64,000 bases of DNA from the IMG/VR virus record IMGVR_UViG_3300025723_000029. One strand, written 5' to 3'. The notes below the pieces were generated by a model. It was not told the origin of the DNA, searched no databases, and saw only the letters and a program-made list of their open reading frames with translations. Within the stretch, counting starts at the first letter, position 1, and each line of letters starts with the position of its first letter. Positions 15,795 to 25,580 of the stretch are shown here, one piece after another. Both the position numbers and the translations under genes were made by a program. Origin of the DNA: an uncultured virus (IMG/VR IMGVR_UViG_3300025723_000029) (taxonomy: Duplodnaviria; Heunggongvirae; Uroviricota; Caudoviricetes).

Positions 15795-16731
15795 TGACAT
15801 AGTCCAATAATGGTTGTACGATTTCGACATCAACTCGTTGCCTGATCAATTGACGATCAAAGAAGTGATGATAGTTGTGCTCGATTTTGCCCAGAGTCAA
15901 TGCATCGTAGGGTCGTCGCTCAAAGTTTTTTACATTGTCCATTATGCAATACAGTTTTGGATCTGGCTGATTGGATTTTGGATTGCCAATTTGATCGTAG
16001 CTTTCGTTGAACAGATTTTCAAAAGATTCAAATCCGATCGCACGCAGATGTGCCAAGGTACCAGATTGGCCATAGATCATGTAAGGATGACGATATGACA
16101 ACGGCTTCATGGTTTTTTCGGTCATGAAAGGCCATGGTTGCACAGGATATCTATAAGGAACACTATCGGTATTGGCCTCGGCTACCAAACTGAAATAGGT
16201 GTCATTGTACCAGTCTGGATCTGTATAACGATCCCAACAAGCATCATCCACACAATCATTGGGCAAGCGGATGCCCAACTCTACATAACTGTATATGCAG
16301 TCTGCCAGGTACGGTTTCATGGCATCGTGCAAGCGTGTACGGTGTTGTTTGCGTTGATTCATGGGCATCAAGGCCAATTTTTTATAAGTCTTGGCCGGAA
16401 CGTAACCATAATGCTGTCGGTCAGACAACGCTTCGTCATACCAGAACCAATTGATATTGTTCAGTTGATAGAAATTATCCACCAGTGGCGGAAAAAATGT
16501 TTTGTAATGATCGTATGGTTCGTGCAAATTGTCAATCACCAGTCTGATCCCGTCTTGATACAACTGTTTCCACCAGTCATGGTCGTTGCGGAATCCCACC
16601 AGAGCCAAACAGTTCAGTTTGTCGTATTGTGTGTCGGGATCATATTGCACCACGTCGAACTGAGATTTCAAGAAATCATACAGCACATAAGATCCAGCAG
16701 ACGGTGGTACAATCATGGTTGGTTTATTCAT
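15781..16731 (-). CDS. GT10-like putative glycosyltransferase, paralog 3
   Basis: YFSLVAE...FMTEKTMKP...HPYMIYG...LRAIGFESF...FNESYD. Confidence 0.65.
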   Translation of the reverse strand: MNKPTMIVPPSAGSYVLYDFLKSQFDVVQYDPDTQYDKLNCLALVGFRNDHDWWKQLYQDGIRLVIDNLHEPYDHYKTFFPPLVDNFYQLNNINWFWYDEALSDRQHYGYVPAKTYKKLALMPMNQRKQHRTRLHDAMKPYLADCIYSYVELGIRLPNDCVDDACWDRYTDPDWYNDTYFSLVAEANTDSVPYRYPVQPWPFMTEKTMKPLSYRHPYMIYGQSGTLAHLRAIGFESFENLFNESYDQIGNPKSNQPDPKLYCIMDNVKNFERRPYDALTLGKIEHNYHHFFDRQLIRQRVDVEIVQPLLDYVNGKT

Positions 16732-17929
16732 AGCCGATCAGCCTGGCCAATTCTGGTTGTACATTTTTCAAATGCTGATTGCGTCTACGATCAAGCTCGG
16801 CAATTTTCATGCGCAATAGGGAACCATCTAGACTGCTTCCACGACACATAAAATCCACAATATTGTCAAATTCTTGTCGTGTGCGAGCGTCCACCTGCGC
16901 CGATCTCAACTGTGCCGAGATTGCCTGTTTGGCCAAATCGGGCAAGGTGCTGATGCTGAAATATGGAGCATCATGCATCATGTTCCAATACACAAAATCA
17001 AATCCTTGCAACATGATCCAGTTGGCCACTTCTTCCAGATAATACACATTGAACACATTCACTGTGGTACACACCTGAAGTTCGATGTTACAACACCGAT
17101 CACGCATGTCCTGGAATTTTTGTATGTTGGCACAGACTTCGATCCACACAGCATTTGATCGTTGATATTCAAATCGCGCACCCACATCGTCTATGCTGAA
17201 TGCTATCTCAACTTTTTTGAAATAGCGCCAGATCTCTTCGCCTTGCTCGGGCCATTGAGTACCATTGGTATTGTAATGTATCTCAATTTGACCAGCGATG
17301 CCCTGCGCAATCAAATCATGCAACAGATCAAAATGTTCTTGAATCATGAATGGCTCACCGCCGGTAAATTCAATATAACGTATCTGATCCGACACCTGAT
17401 CCAGTTCAGCCCAGAACGATTCATTTTCTCTGGGCCAGGCACCGGCTCGCAACATTTTATGATGGAAACTGCCACGTCGTTGGTCCACCGGCAAGGCCTG
17501 TAGCTCTTCAGTGGCGAATGTGCTCGAGCTCCATGACCCACAGATCCTGCATTTGAGATTACATATACTGCCCAACTTGAGGTCCAGAAACATGAGAGGT
17601 CTAGCATCCTCGGTCCATTCCTGATCAGGAATCATGTGCTTGAGTCTGTCCAAGGTGTGCATTCTTTTGCTGGTACGACCAGCATCCTCTTCTCTCCAGC
17701 ACTTGCCGCATGTGTCAGGTCGTTCACCGGCCAGAAACTGCTGTCTCAATTTGCGCATGCTGTCACTGTCCTGTATTGCAGTAAATTTGGCCTGTGCCAG
17801 ATTGAATTTTTCTCCGGCATTGTCGACCAACTCGTGTTCGGCCAAGCAACAGGGTCTCACTGTACCAATTGGGCTGGTCTCCAAACTGACCCAGGGTAGT
17901 ACACAGAATTGATCATGTGGCGTTATCAT
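16724..17929 (-). CDS. radical SAM enzyme with N-terminal twitch/SPASM-like domain (RS-4)
   Basis: CVLPW...PCC...CGKC, CNLKCRIC, FTGGEPF, YNTNGT, FSIDD. Confidence 0.92.
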   Translation of the reverse strand: MITPHDQFCVLPWVSLETSPIGTVRPCCLAEHELVDNAGEKFNLAQAKFTAIQDSDSMRKLRQQFLAGERPDTCGKCWREEDAGRTSKRMHTLDRLKHMIPDQEWTEDARPLMFLDLKLGSICNLKCRICGSWSSSTFATEELQALPVDQRRGSFHHKMLRAGAWPRENESFWAELDQVSDQIRYIEFTGGEPFMIQEHFDLLHDLIAQGIAGQIEIHYNTNGTQWPEQGEEIWRYFKKVEIAFSIDDVGARFEYQRSNAVWIEVCANIQKFQDMRDRCCNIELQVCTTVNVFNVYYLEEVANWIMLQGFDFVYWNMMHDAPYFSISTLPDLAKQAISAQLRSAQVDARTRQEFDNIVDFMCRGSSLDGSLLRMKIAELDRRRNQHLKNVQPELARLIGYE

Positions 17930-19188
17930 ACTAGCCCAGCCAATTCCGGAATCACAGACAACACACTTTCTTTCCTGACACGATCCAGTTCAAATGTCTT
18001 GTTCCAAAACGTAGGAATCAGCTTGGAATTATCTGTGGCCATCATGAATCTCCAGGCACTTTCAAATCCGGTTGTGGCTCGTTGCAATGGATCCTGTGGG
18101 CGCAACCATTCAATATGTTCGCTGAATTTTTCAGACAGTTTTGCTTTGTACAAGGCAGGAGCGATGTCAATGCGTAAATGTGCAGGATCTTGTAAAATGT
18201 TTACATTTAGATCTTGCGGTCTAATCAGGCCACGATTGACCCAGTCACGATGAAAGTCTGGCAAGTGCCAGGCATTCAGGATGCTGAGCGTGGGGCTGAT
18301 GTAAAAATCTACATCAGGACATGTTTCAAGCATTTGCTCGCGATTGCGCTCTACTGTGTCCCACACTGTGCCTTTTCTGATATATTCTGCACGAGTACCC
18401 ATAGCATCCAGACTGGCACCAACAGCCACACTGTCAAATCGTCGCCAGTAATCAAATACTGTGCGATCTTTGAGACTGGTATGAGTAAAATTGGTATTGT
18501 AGATCAGGCGCACATCAAATCGACCTCTACGTTCCAGCTCGTCCAGGATGTTGTAGTGTTCTTTCATCATGAGTGGCTCACCGCCAGCAAAATAGATCTG
18601 CTCCACGTAATCCAGATGCGGTATCAGCTGTTTCCACATGTCGGTCTCGGTACGTCCGGCATAATTTAAAACTTTGTTTTTTTCCTTCCAGTCGCCGCCA
18701 GCCAATTGAGCCTGATCCTGGTACCAGCTGCTGCTGAATATATGCCCACAACTTCTACAACTGAGATTGCACAGGTTACTGAATCTGACATCCCAATAGC
18801 TCATGCGGAATTGGTCATCGGCAATACGTTTGATATGATGGCCATGATGTTTGTTGGCACTTTTCCTACCACTAAAAAATCCAGATTCTTCTTGTTCGTA
18901 GCAACGTTGACAAGCCAGTGAGGGTGTTTCATTCAGCATGTTGTCACGCAACTGATCCATGGGTCGCGATCGATAAATTTCTTCCAGGGTATGGGTGCGG
19001 CAATTGCCCACTTGTCCCACACCCATTTCAGCATGACAACAAGGATAAGCTTCTCCGGTAGGATAGGCGTGCAGATGTATCCAGGGATAGATGCAGAATG
19101 TTTTACTGTCTCGCAACAAGAATTGTTCGCGTTTGTCGAGTTCAACCGGTCGAGCTAGATCTGCGCTGTTATATTGATAATGACTCAT
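17926..19188 (-). CDS. radical SAM enzyme with N-terminal twitch/SPASM-like domain (RS-3)
   Basis: CIYPW...PCC...CQRC, CNLSCRSC, FAGGEPL, YNTN, ASLD. Confidence 0.92.
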   Translation of the reverse strand: MSHYQYNSADLARPVELDKREQFLLRDSKTFCIYPWIHLHAYPTGEAYPCCHAEMGVGQVGNCRTHTLEEIYRSRPMDQLRDNMLNETPSLACQRCYEQEESGFFSGRKSANKHHGHHIKRIADDQFRMSYWDVRFSNLCNLSCRSCGHIFSSSWYQDQAQLAGGDWKEKNKVLNYAGRTETDMWKQLIPHLDYVEQIYFAGGEPLMMKEHYNILDELERRGRFDVRLIYNTNFTHTSLKDRTVFDYWRRFDSVAVGASLDAMGTRAEYIRKGTVWDTVERNREQMLETCPDVDFYISPTLSILNAWHLPDFHRDWVNRGLIRPQDLNVNILQDPAHLRIDIAPALYKAKLSEKFSEHIEWLRPQDPLQRATTGFESAWRFMMATDNSKLIPTFWNKTFELDRVRKESVLSVIPELAGLV

Positions 19189-20506
19189 ACCAGGTCCTCA
19201 GGTTGGGAAATGTGGATACAAAATCTTTTCCGCGACGTTGATCGTATTGAGAATAAAACTGTTTGAAATCATTCAACAAAGACGGTGGATCAAATGCTTG
19301 CGCATGCGGAGAGTCAACTGTGTCCAGGTAATCTATTAGCCGTTGTACATGCCGGCGTTCGTGTTCTTGTAACAGGTCATCGGTGCCCCATTGATCCAAC
19401 CAGGTCCGCAATCGATCACTGTGTGCTCGACGATGGGACTCGGGCAATACTAACGCACTTTGGAAACTAGGGAATCGCAAGATGTTGAGGGTAAAGTTAG
19501 GAAAGTCACGTCCATGCTGGTGTTTCCAACGCATGAACACAGTTAGAAGGTCCGGTAACCGGTCCAGGCATAGGGCATTGACAGTACACATCACATGCAG
19601 ACTTCGCAACTGTTTGCTTTCAATCAATTTCATCATGTTTGCAACCCAGGCTGCATAGTCCAGGCCATCTCTGATGTATTCGGCCTGCAGGCCTACGCTT
19701 TCTTGGCTGGTGTAAATGTCCAGTTCGAGTCCTTGCGTGCTGGACAACAAGCGATCAACGTCTACCGCATGTCCTAGGTTGCTGTTGATGGCCAAACGGG
19801 TCTGGCTGCGTCCAGGATTGGACCGAAACCAGTCGATCAGTTTCCAGGTCTCTCCGCTCATGAGTGGCTCGCCACCTGTGATCCTTAGTTCTTGCAAGGT
19901 TTTATGCAAATCACTTTCCCACCAGGCAAAGAATGCGTCCACGTACGGATTGGGCTCACCAAATCGATACAATTGAGCATTGTCGTGAGCATGAGTAAAA
20001 TGATTTCGACCGTCGCTGACCAGACCTTGATAGGGTCCGTGTTTTTTAATATCATTTACCCAGGTGCTGCTGAAGGCCGGATTGCAATAACTACAGGCAA
20101 ACTGGCATGTACGATCAAACGCAATTTCCAAGGTTTTAAGATTGACGTCTCGGTCACTGGGTGTGCGATAGGCTTGATCAAGGTCCTGTTGGGAATAGAT
20201 ACGACTTTTGTACACACGGTCGCTGACAGCATCTCTGCCCATGTCTTCGATCTTCCAGCAGTACTCGCAACCGGCAGGGCGTTGACCCGACTGCATTTCT
20301 GCACGTTCAGATTTTTTACGGGCCGTGTTGTGTATGGCAGCAGGATTAATCCGTATTTCTTCGCGATCAATCGCATGTGGTAAGGGATGATGGCAACTGG
20401 TGGTTTGTCCGGACCCCAACCATATGGTGGCATTGTACCATTTGGCTGCACAGAAGCTGGCACTCTTGGTGTCCAAGACCTGTTGGCGAAATTCTAGATC
20501 ATTCAT
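19169..20506 (-). CDS. radical SAM enzyme, CxAKW/SCxHP subtype (RS-2)
   Basis: CAAKW...SCHHP...CEYCW, CQFACSYC, ITGGEPL. Confidence 0.92.
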   Translation of the reverse strand: MNDLEFRQQVLDTKSASFCAAKWYNATIWLGSGQTTSCHHPLPHAIDREEIRINPAAIHNTARKKSERAEMQSGQRPAGCEYCWKIEDMGRDAVSDRVYKSRIYSQQDLDQAYRTPSDRDVNLKTLEIAFDRTCQFACSYCNPAFSSTWVNDIKKHGPYQGLVSDGRNHFTHAHDNAQLYRFGEPNPYVDAFFAWWESDLHKTLQELRITGGEPLMSGETWKLIDWFRSNPGRSQTRLAINSNLGHAVDVDRLLSSTQGLELDIYTSQESVGLQAEYIRDGLDYAAWVANMMKLIESKQLRSLHVMCTVNALCLDRLPDLLTVFMRWKHQHGRDFPNFTLNILRFPSFQSALVLPESHRRAHSDRLRTWLDQWGTDDLLQEHERRHVQRLIDYLDTVDSPHAQAFDPPSLLNDFKQFYSQYDQRRGKDFVSTFPNLRTWYESLSI

Positions 20507-21656
20507 TGATGTATTTTTTTAAGAATTGGAAAAAGCGTTCAGGAAATTCAGCACGCACTTGAGTGCGCATGTGAGCCAGGTGCTGTTGATTGTATTTACA
20601 TACATCTTGAGCAGTACTCAAGAAACTGGCTAGATTCTGCTGACACAGATCCTCGACCACCTGCGCCACGCGATCGATTCGATCTTGCACATTGTGTATG
20701 GTGTCAAAACTTTCGTCGATCAGGTGTCCCCAGGTTTGAAATCCCAGATTGTGTAGATCTCTGTAGTAGCCAGCATTGCTCACAAACACGCAAGGGTGGC
20801 CCATGGCCATTGGCTTCCAGGTTTTTTCTGTACGGAAACTGTAAGGATACTCAAAAACTGTTTCGGTCACCACACTGAAATAGGTGTCGATGTAGGGATC
20901 GGCATTGAGATAGATATCTCCCCATTCATCGTTGAACAGGTGATATTTGGCATAAAGATCTCGCACAGTGTCTGGAGACACAGTGTCTACTCGATCACGA
21001 TATCGATCCACTTCGTATTGCGGTGGCAACTGTTGCAACGGAAATACAGTATGGTCCCAACAGTTGATGTTGACAGCATCAGGCAATACCAATGGGTGGA
21101 ACGTGGCCGGTCTTGGATCCAAATTGGTCCACAGGGCCGAATCCAATAGTCCACGATGACGGAACAGTTCCAACAGATACTTTCTGTGGTGCCGTATGCG
21201 TCCGTTGAGAAATAGGAATTGGTAAGGTTTGTCAATTTTGGTAAAAATTTCTCGTCCACGATCTATCTGGACCAGATTTTCTTCATAGTCCAAGATCTTG
21301 GGCAAGAAGTTATCATACAACAAGTATGGCCAGGTTGCATCCATTTCTCCGCCCGAAATCAACAACAGTTTGCCAGCACGAGCCAGATCATCCATGTGTG
21401 TGACCATTTCAACATGGCATCTCATGGTGTCTGACCCTTCCATGGGATTGCTCAAGATGGGTATGATCGTGCTCGACTCGGCCAGTTCTCGTATGCGAGG
21501 CACGTTGAGATTGAACTGTTCTCGACTGATCAGATACACCGCGCCGGGCACAATGTCATGAGTGGCAAAATCCCAAAATTCAGCATCTGCCCAGGGTTTT
21601 AACAGGTCCGATACTTCACTGAATGTGTCCAATATCAGCTTGCGATGGCCGATCAT
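20499..21656 (-). CDS. GT10-like putative glycosyltransferase, paralog 4
   Basis: FLFLNGRIRHHR; YFSVVTET...FRTEKTWKP...HP...LGFQTW...DESFD. Confidence 0.65.
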   Translation of the reverse strand: MIGHRKLILDTFSEVSDLLKPWADAEFWDFATHDIVPGAVYLISREQFNLNVPRIRELAESSTIIPILSNPMEGSDTMRCHVEMVTHMDDLARAGKLLLISGGEMDATWPYLLYDNFLPKILDYEENLVQIDRGREIFTKIDKPYQFLFLNGRIRHHRKYLLELFRHRGLLDSALWTNLDPRPATFHPLVLPDAVNINCWDHTVFPLQQLPPQYEVDRYRDRVDTVSPDTVRDLYAKYHLFNDEWGDIYLNADPYIDTYFSVVTETVFEYPYSFRTEKTWKPMAMGHPCVFVSNAGYYRDLHNLGFQTWGHLIDESFDTIHNVQDRIDRVAQVVEDLCQQNLASFLSTAQDVCKYNQQHLAHMRTQVRAEFPERFFQFLKKYINE

Positions 21657-22708
21657 GCTACCACTTCCTGTATGCGTTGCAATATAATTTGATCGGTCTT
21701 GTGCGCAAATACCAGCTCGTGGTTGTGTTGTATCTCTTTGATGTGATCATAATAAAAATTTTCAATCCAGTCTCGACCCCGAGCAACCACATCCACGATG
21801 GCCTGGATTCGATCCAATGTACCAAGATCGTCGAACCCTGCAGGTGTAAGATCTGACATGACTTCAAATCCTAGTCCTTGTAGATAGGCAGTGTGTCCCC
21901 GAGCAGCCAGATACAAAGGAATTTGTCCACTCACAAACGGCTTGTGACTTTTTTCGCTTATTTCAGGAAGATTGATATCAAGATTGTATGGTATGCGTCC
22001 AGTTGTGGCTTCGGTCAAGATATTACAGTAAGTGTTGATCTCGGCGTCGTGATACACGCAATGCTGATTTTGTATCGCTTGATTTTGCCATTTGATCGGC
22101 AACAGTCGCAAGTATTCGTACCAACCCAGAACAGAATCTAGTATACCAGGATCTTCATTGCACTGTGGATCTATGCAACCAGCTGGATATACCGGATTGG
22201 TGTGACACATCGCTTGCGTGTTGTTTTGCGTGAATATCATCTGATCCAGCAATCCGCGATTGTTCAGCGCCGTTCCCAACAATAAACGATGCAGAGCCGG
22301 ACGATTGTTCAGGCACCCAAATCCGCGTGGTAACTGTTTGGGCTTGATACGGAATTCGCGCAAGCCAGGAGATTGCCGATATTGGCTATGACGGTTTAGA
22401 TACCAACTGGGATAACTGAGTCGCCAACAGTTGTGCCCCAAATACTGATTTTGATAAGTCTGTGTTTGCAAGAATACCAGTTTGTCTTTCAGTACCGGGT
22501 GATCAAAGATTTCCTGTTCTTGTTCATAGTTGTGCCAATGATCCACTGTGGACAGGATCATGCTGTCGAATGCTGTGTCCAGAGACGAAAGAGTATCCAA
22601 CAGTTCATTGTGGCTCAATGCAGTGATATCTAAAAAACATTTGCGGGCGCCTGGCAATAGATTGACCAAAGGGTCAAAATCCAGTATGCCTATCTTATGT
22701 TTTGGCAT
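21653..22708 (-). CDS. GT10-like putative glycosyltransferase, paralog 5
   Basis: CLNNRPALHR; YCNILTE...ISEKSHKPF..GQIP...LGFE. Confidence 0.6.
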   Translation of the reverse strand: MPKHKIGILDFDPLVNLLPGARKCFLDITALSHNELLDTLSSLDTAFDSMILSTVDHWHNYEQEQEIFDHPVLKDKLVFLQTQTYQNQYLGHNCWRLSYPSWYLNRHSQYRQSPGLREFRIKPKQLPRGFGCLNNRPALHRLLLGTALNNRGLLDQMIFTQNNTQAMCHTNPVYPAGCIDPQCNEDPGILDSVLGWYEYLRLLPIKWQNQAIQNQHCVYHDAEINTYCNILTEATTGRIPYNLDINLPEISEKSHKPFVSGQIPLYLAARGHTAYLQGLGFEVMSDLTPAGFDDLGTLDRIQAIVDVVARGRDWIENFYYDHIKEIQHNHELVFAHKTDQIILQRIQEVVA

Positions 22709-24110
22709 GATACCCGCACTCGTTCCACCAGCTGGCCATTTCAGGAAAGGTTGTCAAAAAATCTGTGCCATGTCTGCGATCAGCTTCCGTAAAAAACCTA
22801 TAAAAGTCGGCCTTCTGTTGATTGATGTAGGCCGGATCCAGCTTCTGTCCATCACGCATCCAGGCTATGTCTCGATCCAGACGGGCCAGTTCATAATCCT
22901 TGAATCCTTGGAAGCGTGTGGATTCGGTTTCGGCCTGCTTGCTCATCCAGACCCATAAACGTTCCAGTTGATCACAATAGCTTTCGGGCAGAATCTGCAG
23001 GCTTTGCCAGGCAGGTTCTCGCAAGACCGGAGTGTCAAACCACACACGCTGATAGGTGGTGCTGTACAGTTTCCTAAGACCCAGGATGCCGGCCATGAGA
23101 CTGCCCAGTCCAGTGACTGACAAGTTGTTCATGGTCACGATGAACGTGATACTGTTACGACCTGGTATCTCGGTCAAGAACTGGTTTACCCGATCCCATA
23201 ACAGATTGAAGTCCAGTCCGTGTCTGATATATTCGGCCTGTGGCCCCCACGAGTCTAGACTCACATATTGCATGAAGTGTTCGACGTTTTCGCCAGCGCA
23301 GATCTGTTTGACAGCAGTCTTGTAGCGTTGCCATGACCGTTCGTCTACACTGAAGTTGGATGTCACATTGAGATGCAGATCTGGTTTGGGATTGGCCAAC
23401 ACATAATCAAACACCCGATAGGTATTGCGATCCAGCATGGGCTCGCCGCCGGTCATACGGAAATGTTTCAGCTCAGGATACAGGTTTGGCCACCAAGACC
23501 AGAAGGCGTCGACGTATGGATTGGCTTCTCTTGCAGGTATAGGGCGATTACGGCCAACAAAATGACTAGAATCATTGTGAATCGTTGATGTAGGATACCC
23601 TCCCCAACGTTCCACCTCTTGCGCCCAGGTGCTGCTAAATTGTGGGCTACAATAACTACAAGAAAGATTGCAGGCATGATTAAAATTAACTTCAACATAA
23701 CTAGGAACAATGTCATCTTCATCTCCGGTTGAATGCATTATCTTTTCAAAATCCATGGCAGCCCAGGATTCACCGGATCTATAGTGACGGTCACTTAATT
23801 TGCCAGCATCTTCCATGCTCCAACAATAGCTGCATTCTGCAGGACGTTCTTGTTTGAGCATGATCTTGCGCTGAGCTTTTTTGTATGGTGTATTGTGCAA
23901 GGTTGCAGGATTGCCTGCCAATAATGTAGAATCTATAGCATGCAAGGGCGGATGATAACAGCTATTGTTTAGGCCGGTGGGCAAGTGCAAGCTGACCTGT
24001 TTCCATTTGGCCAAGCACAAACCCGTACCCAGAGCTTTGTGCATGTGTTCAGCACTGTCTAGGAATCCGCTTTTGAACTCGGCTGTGACTTCGTCACCTT
24101 TGTTGGTCAT
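22695..24110 (-). CDS. radical SAM enzyme, CxAKW/SCxHP subtype (RS-1)
   Basis: CLAKW...SCYHP...CSYCW, CNLSCSYC, MTGGEPM. Confidence 0.92.
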   Translation of the reverse strand: MTNKGDEVTAEFKSGFLDSAEHMHKALGTGLCLAKWKQVSLHLPTGLNNSCYHPPLHAIDSTLLAGNPATLHNTPYKKAQRKIMLKQERPAECSYCWSMEDAGKLSDRHYRSGESWAAMDFEKIMHSTGDEDDIVPSYVEVNFNHACNLSCSYCSPQFSSTWAQEVERWGGYPTSTIHNDSSHFVGRNRPIPAREANPYVDAFWSWWPNLYPELKHFRMTGGEPMLDRNTYRVFDYVLANPKPDLHLNVTSNFSVDERSWQRYKTAVKQICAGENVEHFMQYVSLDSWGPQAEYIRHGLDFNLLWDRVNQFLTEIPGRNSITFIVTMNNLSVTGLGSLMAGILGLRKLYSTTYQRVWFDTPVLREPAWQSLQILPESYCDQLERLWVWMSKQAETESTRFQGFKDYELARLDRDIAWMRDGQKLDPAYINQQKADFYRFFTEADRRHGTDFLTTFPEMASWWNECGYHAKT

Positions 24111-25060
24111 GGTATAGGATTGATACTGTTGGTATAAGTTTGATTATACAGCAAATTGTAGTTATGATCAAGAGAATACTGCATGTCCCAGTACATGCGT
24201 TCAAGTTCGTCCTTGGATTTTTGTGCCAAGCTGTCAATCAGATACAATATTCTAACGAATCGCTCTCGACCCTCGTAGCCGTCGTAGTCTTCGTTCCAGA
24301 AATCTGCAAATGTCCTGAATCCCATGCGACGCAGATATAACAAATAGTTTTTGGATCCAAATATAATAAATGGTTTTTTTAACATCATGGGTCTCACAGT
24401 CTTCTCTGTTACAAAAAAACAATCACCGTCGGTGAAGGTTTCTGCCACAATGTCGATCAAAAAATCTGCATAAACACGCTTGGTCTGTGATATATAACCG
24501 TCGGTATTTTGTTGTCCGGGCGTATATCTGTCTAGATTTTCGAGCAACATAGGAAACTGTTGCCAGTTACTGGAAAATTTTTGCAAACTGTCAGGATCAT
24601 GCTGGAACAACTGAGACACCTCAAATAATTCTCTGTCGTCGGCCTCGCCAGTATTGGCACGACAGCCTATTAGACTCAACTGGCGATGATGCACTAACAA
24701 ATGCGATGCGATGCCAATCCTGTGCCAGAGAGGTCGACCATATATGGTTCCAAAAATTCTGTGCTTGTTCCAACAATGATACCGATCTTCTATTGCAGTC
24801 GATACAGATAAAAAATTCCATTGTCTTGTCAATTTGATTTGATAATGATCATGCTGTTCAACCGGATTGCTAGTAACTATTGTGACCGATTGAAACCGAA
24901 ACTTATCTAATAGATCATATAACCCAATCGCACGGCAACAACAGCCTTCTGAATTGGTTGTCAATACTATATCGCGTTGTTGATTCTGGACCAGGAAATC
25001 AATTAGTTCTAGCTGATTCCAAATGTAATTGCTGGCCGGAATGATGTCAAATTTTGTCAA
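24107..25060 (-). CDS. GT10-like putative glycosyltransferase, paralog 6
   Basis: YGRPLWHR; IDIVAET...FVTEKTVRP...KPFIIFG...LRRMGFRTF..FWNEDYD; TTG start. Confidence 0.65.
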   Translation of the reverse strand: MTKFDIIPASNYIWNQLELIDFLVQNQQRDIVLTTNSEGCCCRAIGLYDLLDKFRFQSVTIVTSNPVEQHDHYQIKLTRQWNFLSVSTAIEDRYHCWNKHRIFGTIYGRPLWHRIGIASHLLVHHRQLSLIGCRANTGEADDRELFEVSQLFQHDPDSLQKFSSNWQQFPMLLENLDRYTPGQQNTDGYISQTKRVYADFLIDIVAETFTDGDCFFVTEKTVRPMMLKKPFIIFGSKNYLLYLRRMGFRTFADFWNEDYDGYEGRERFVRILYLIDSLAQKSKDELERMYWDMQYSLDHNYNLLYNQTYTNSINPIP

Positions 25061-25578
25061 ATCAAAAATCCCGAAACCTGCAAGGTGTATTTGTGATGCA
25101 TACCAGCATTGGCCGAAAGATGCAGGACCTGGTTATCCCATAGTAACACGTCACCAGCGTTCCAGTGCGTATGTACTACATCGTTGTATTGTATAAAATG
25201 CCCCAGTTTCCAATCTTCGAGGTGTATGTTGGCCCGTACTTTTAATTCCGAACGATCAGGATAGCGTTGGTTGATTTGAAAAAAGGTATCTCGATGTATG
25301 GGAATCATACATCCCGGCGGCTGTTGTATGCTGCTGATAGTAATAACTTCCATCCCCAGTTGGCAACCAATTTGATCAAAGTCCAATTGAGTTGAATTCC
25401 ACCATAGTTGGTGAATCATGGTGTTTTCTAGACAATAAGATTGCGGAAAACCCCCATACTGTTCATGTATATCGTTCACTTCGTATATTTGATGCTTGAT
25501 ACAACTACCAGTATGCTGGCTGTAATCAGCCGACAATATTTCAGCGAAATCGTAATTTAGTTTTAATTTTTTAATCAC
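25057..25578 (-). CDS. 2OG-Fe(II) oxygenase / cupin-fold hydroxylase
   Basis: PPGCMIPIHRD (HxD) ... W...HLSAN (distal His) ... LQVSG; GTG start. Confidence 0.7.
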   Translation of the reverse strand: MIKKLKLNYDFAEILSADYSQHTGSCIKHQIYEVNDIHEQYGGFPQSYCLENTMIHQLWWNSTQLDFDQIGCQLGMEVITISSIQQPPGCMIPIHRDTFFQINQRYPDRSELKVRANIHLEDWKLGHFIQYNDVVHTHWNAGDVLLWDNQVLHLSANAGMHHKYTLQVSGFLI

Positions 25579-25580
25579 GG

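Noticed and set aside
16138..16851. 237-aa plus-strand ORF
   Set aside because: Antisense shadow of GT and radical SAM genes
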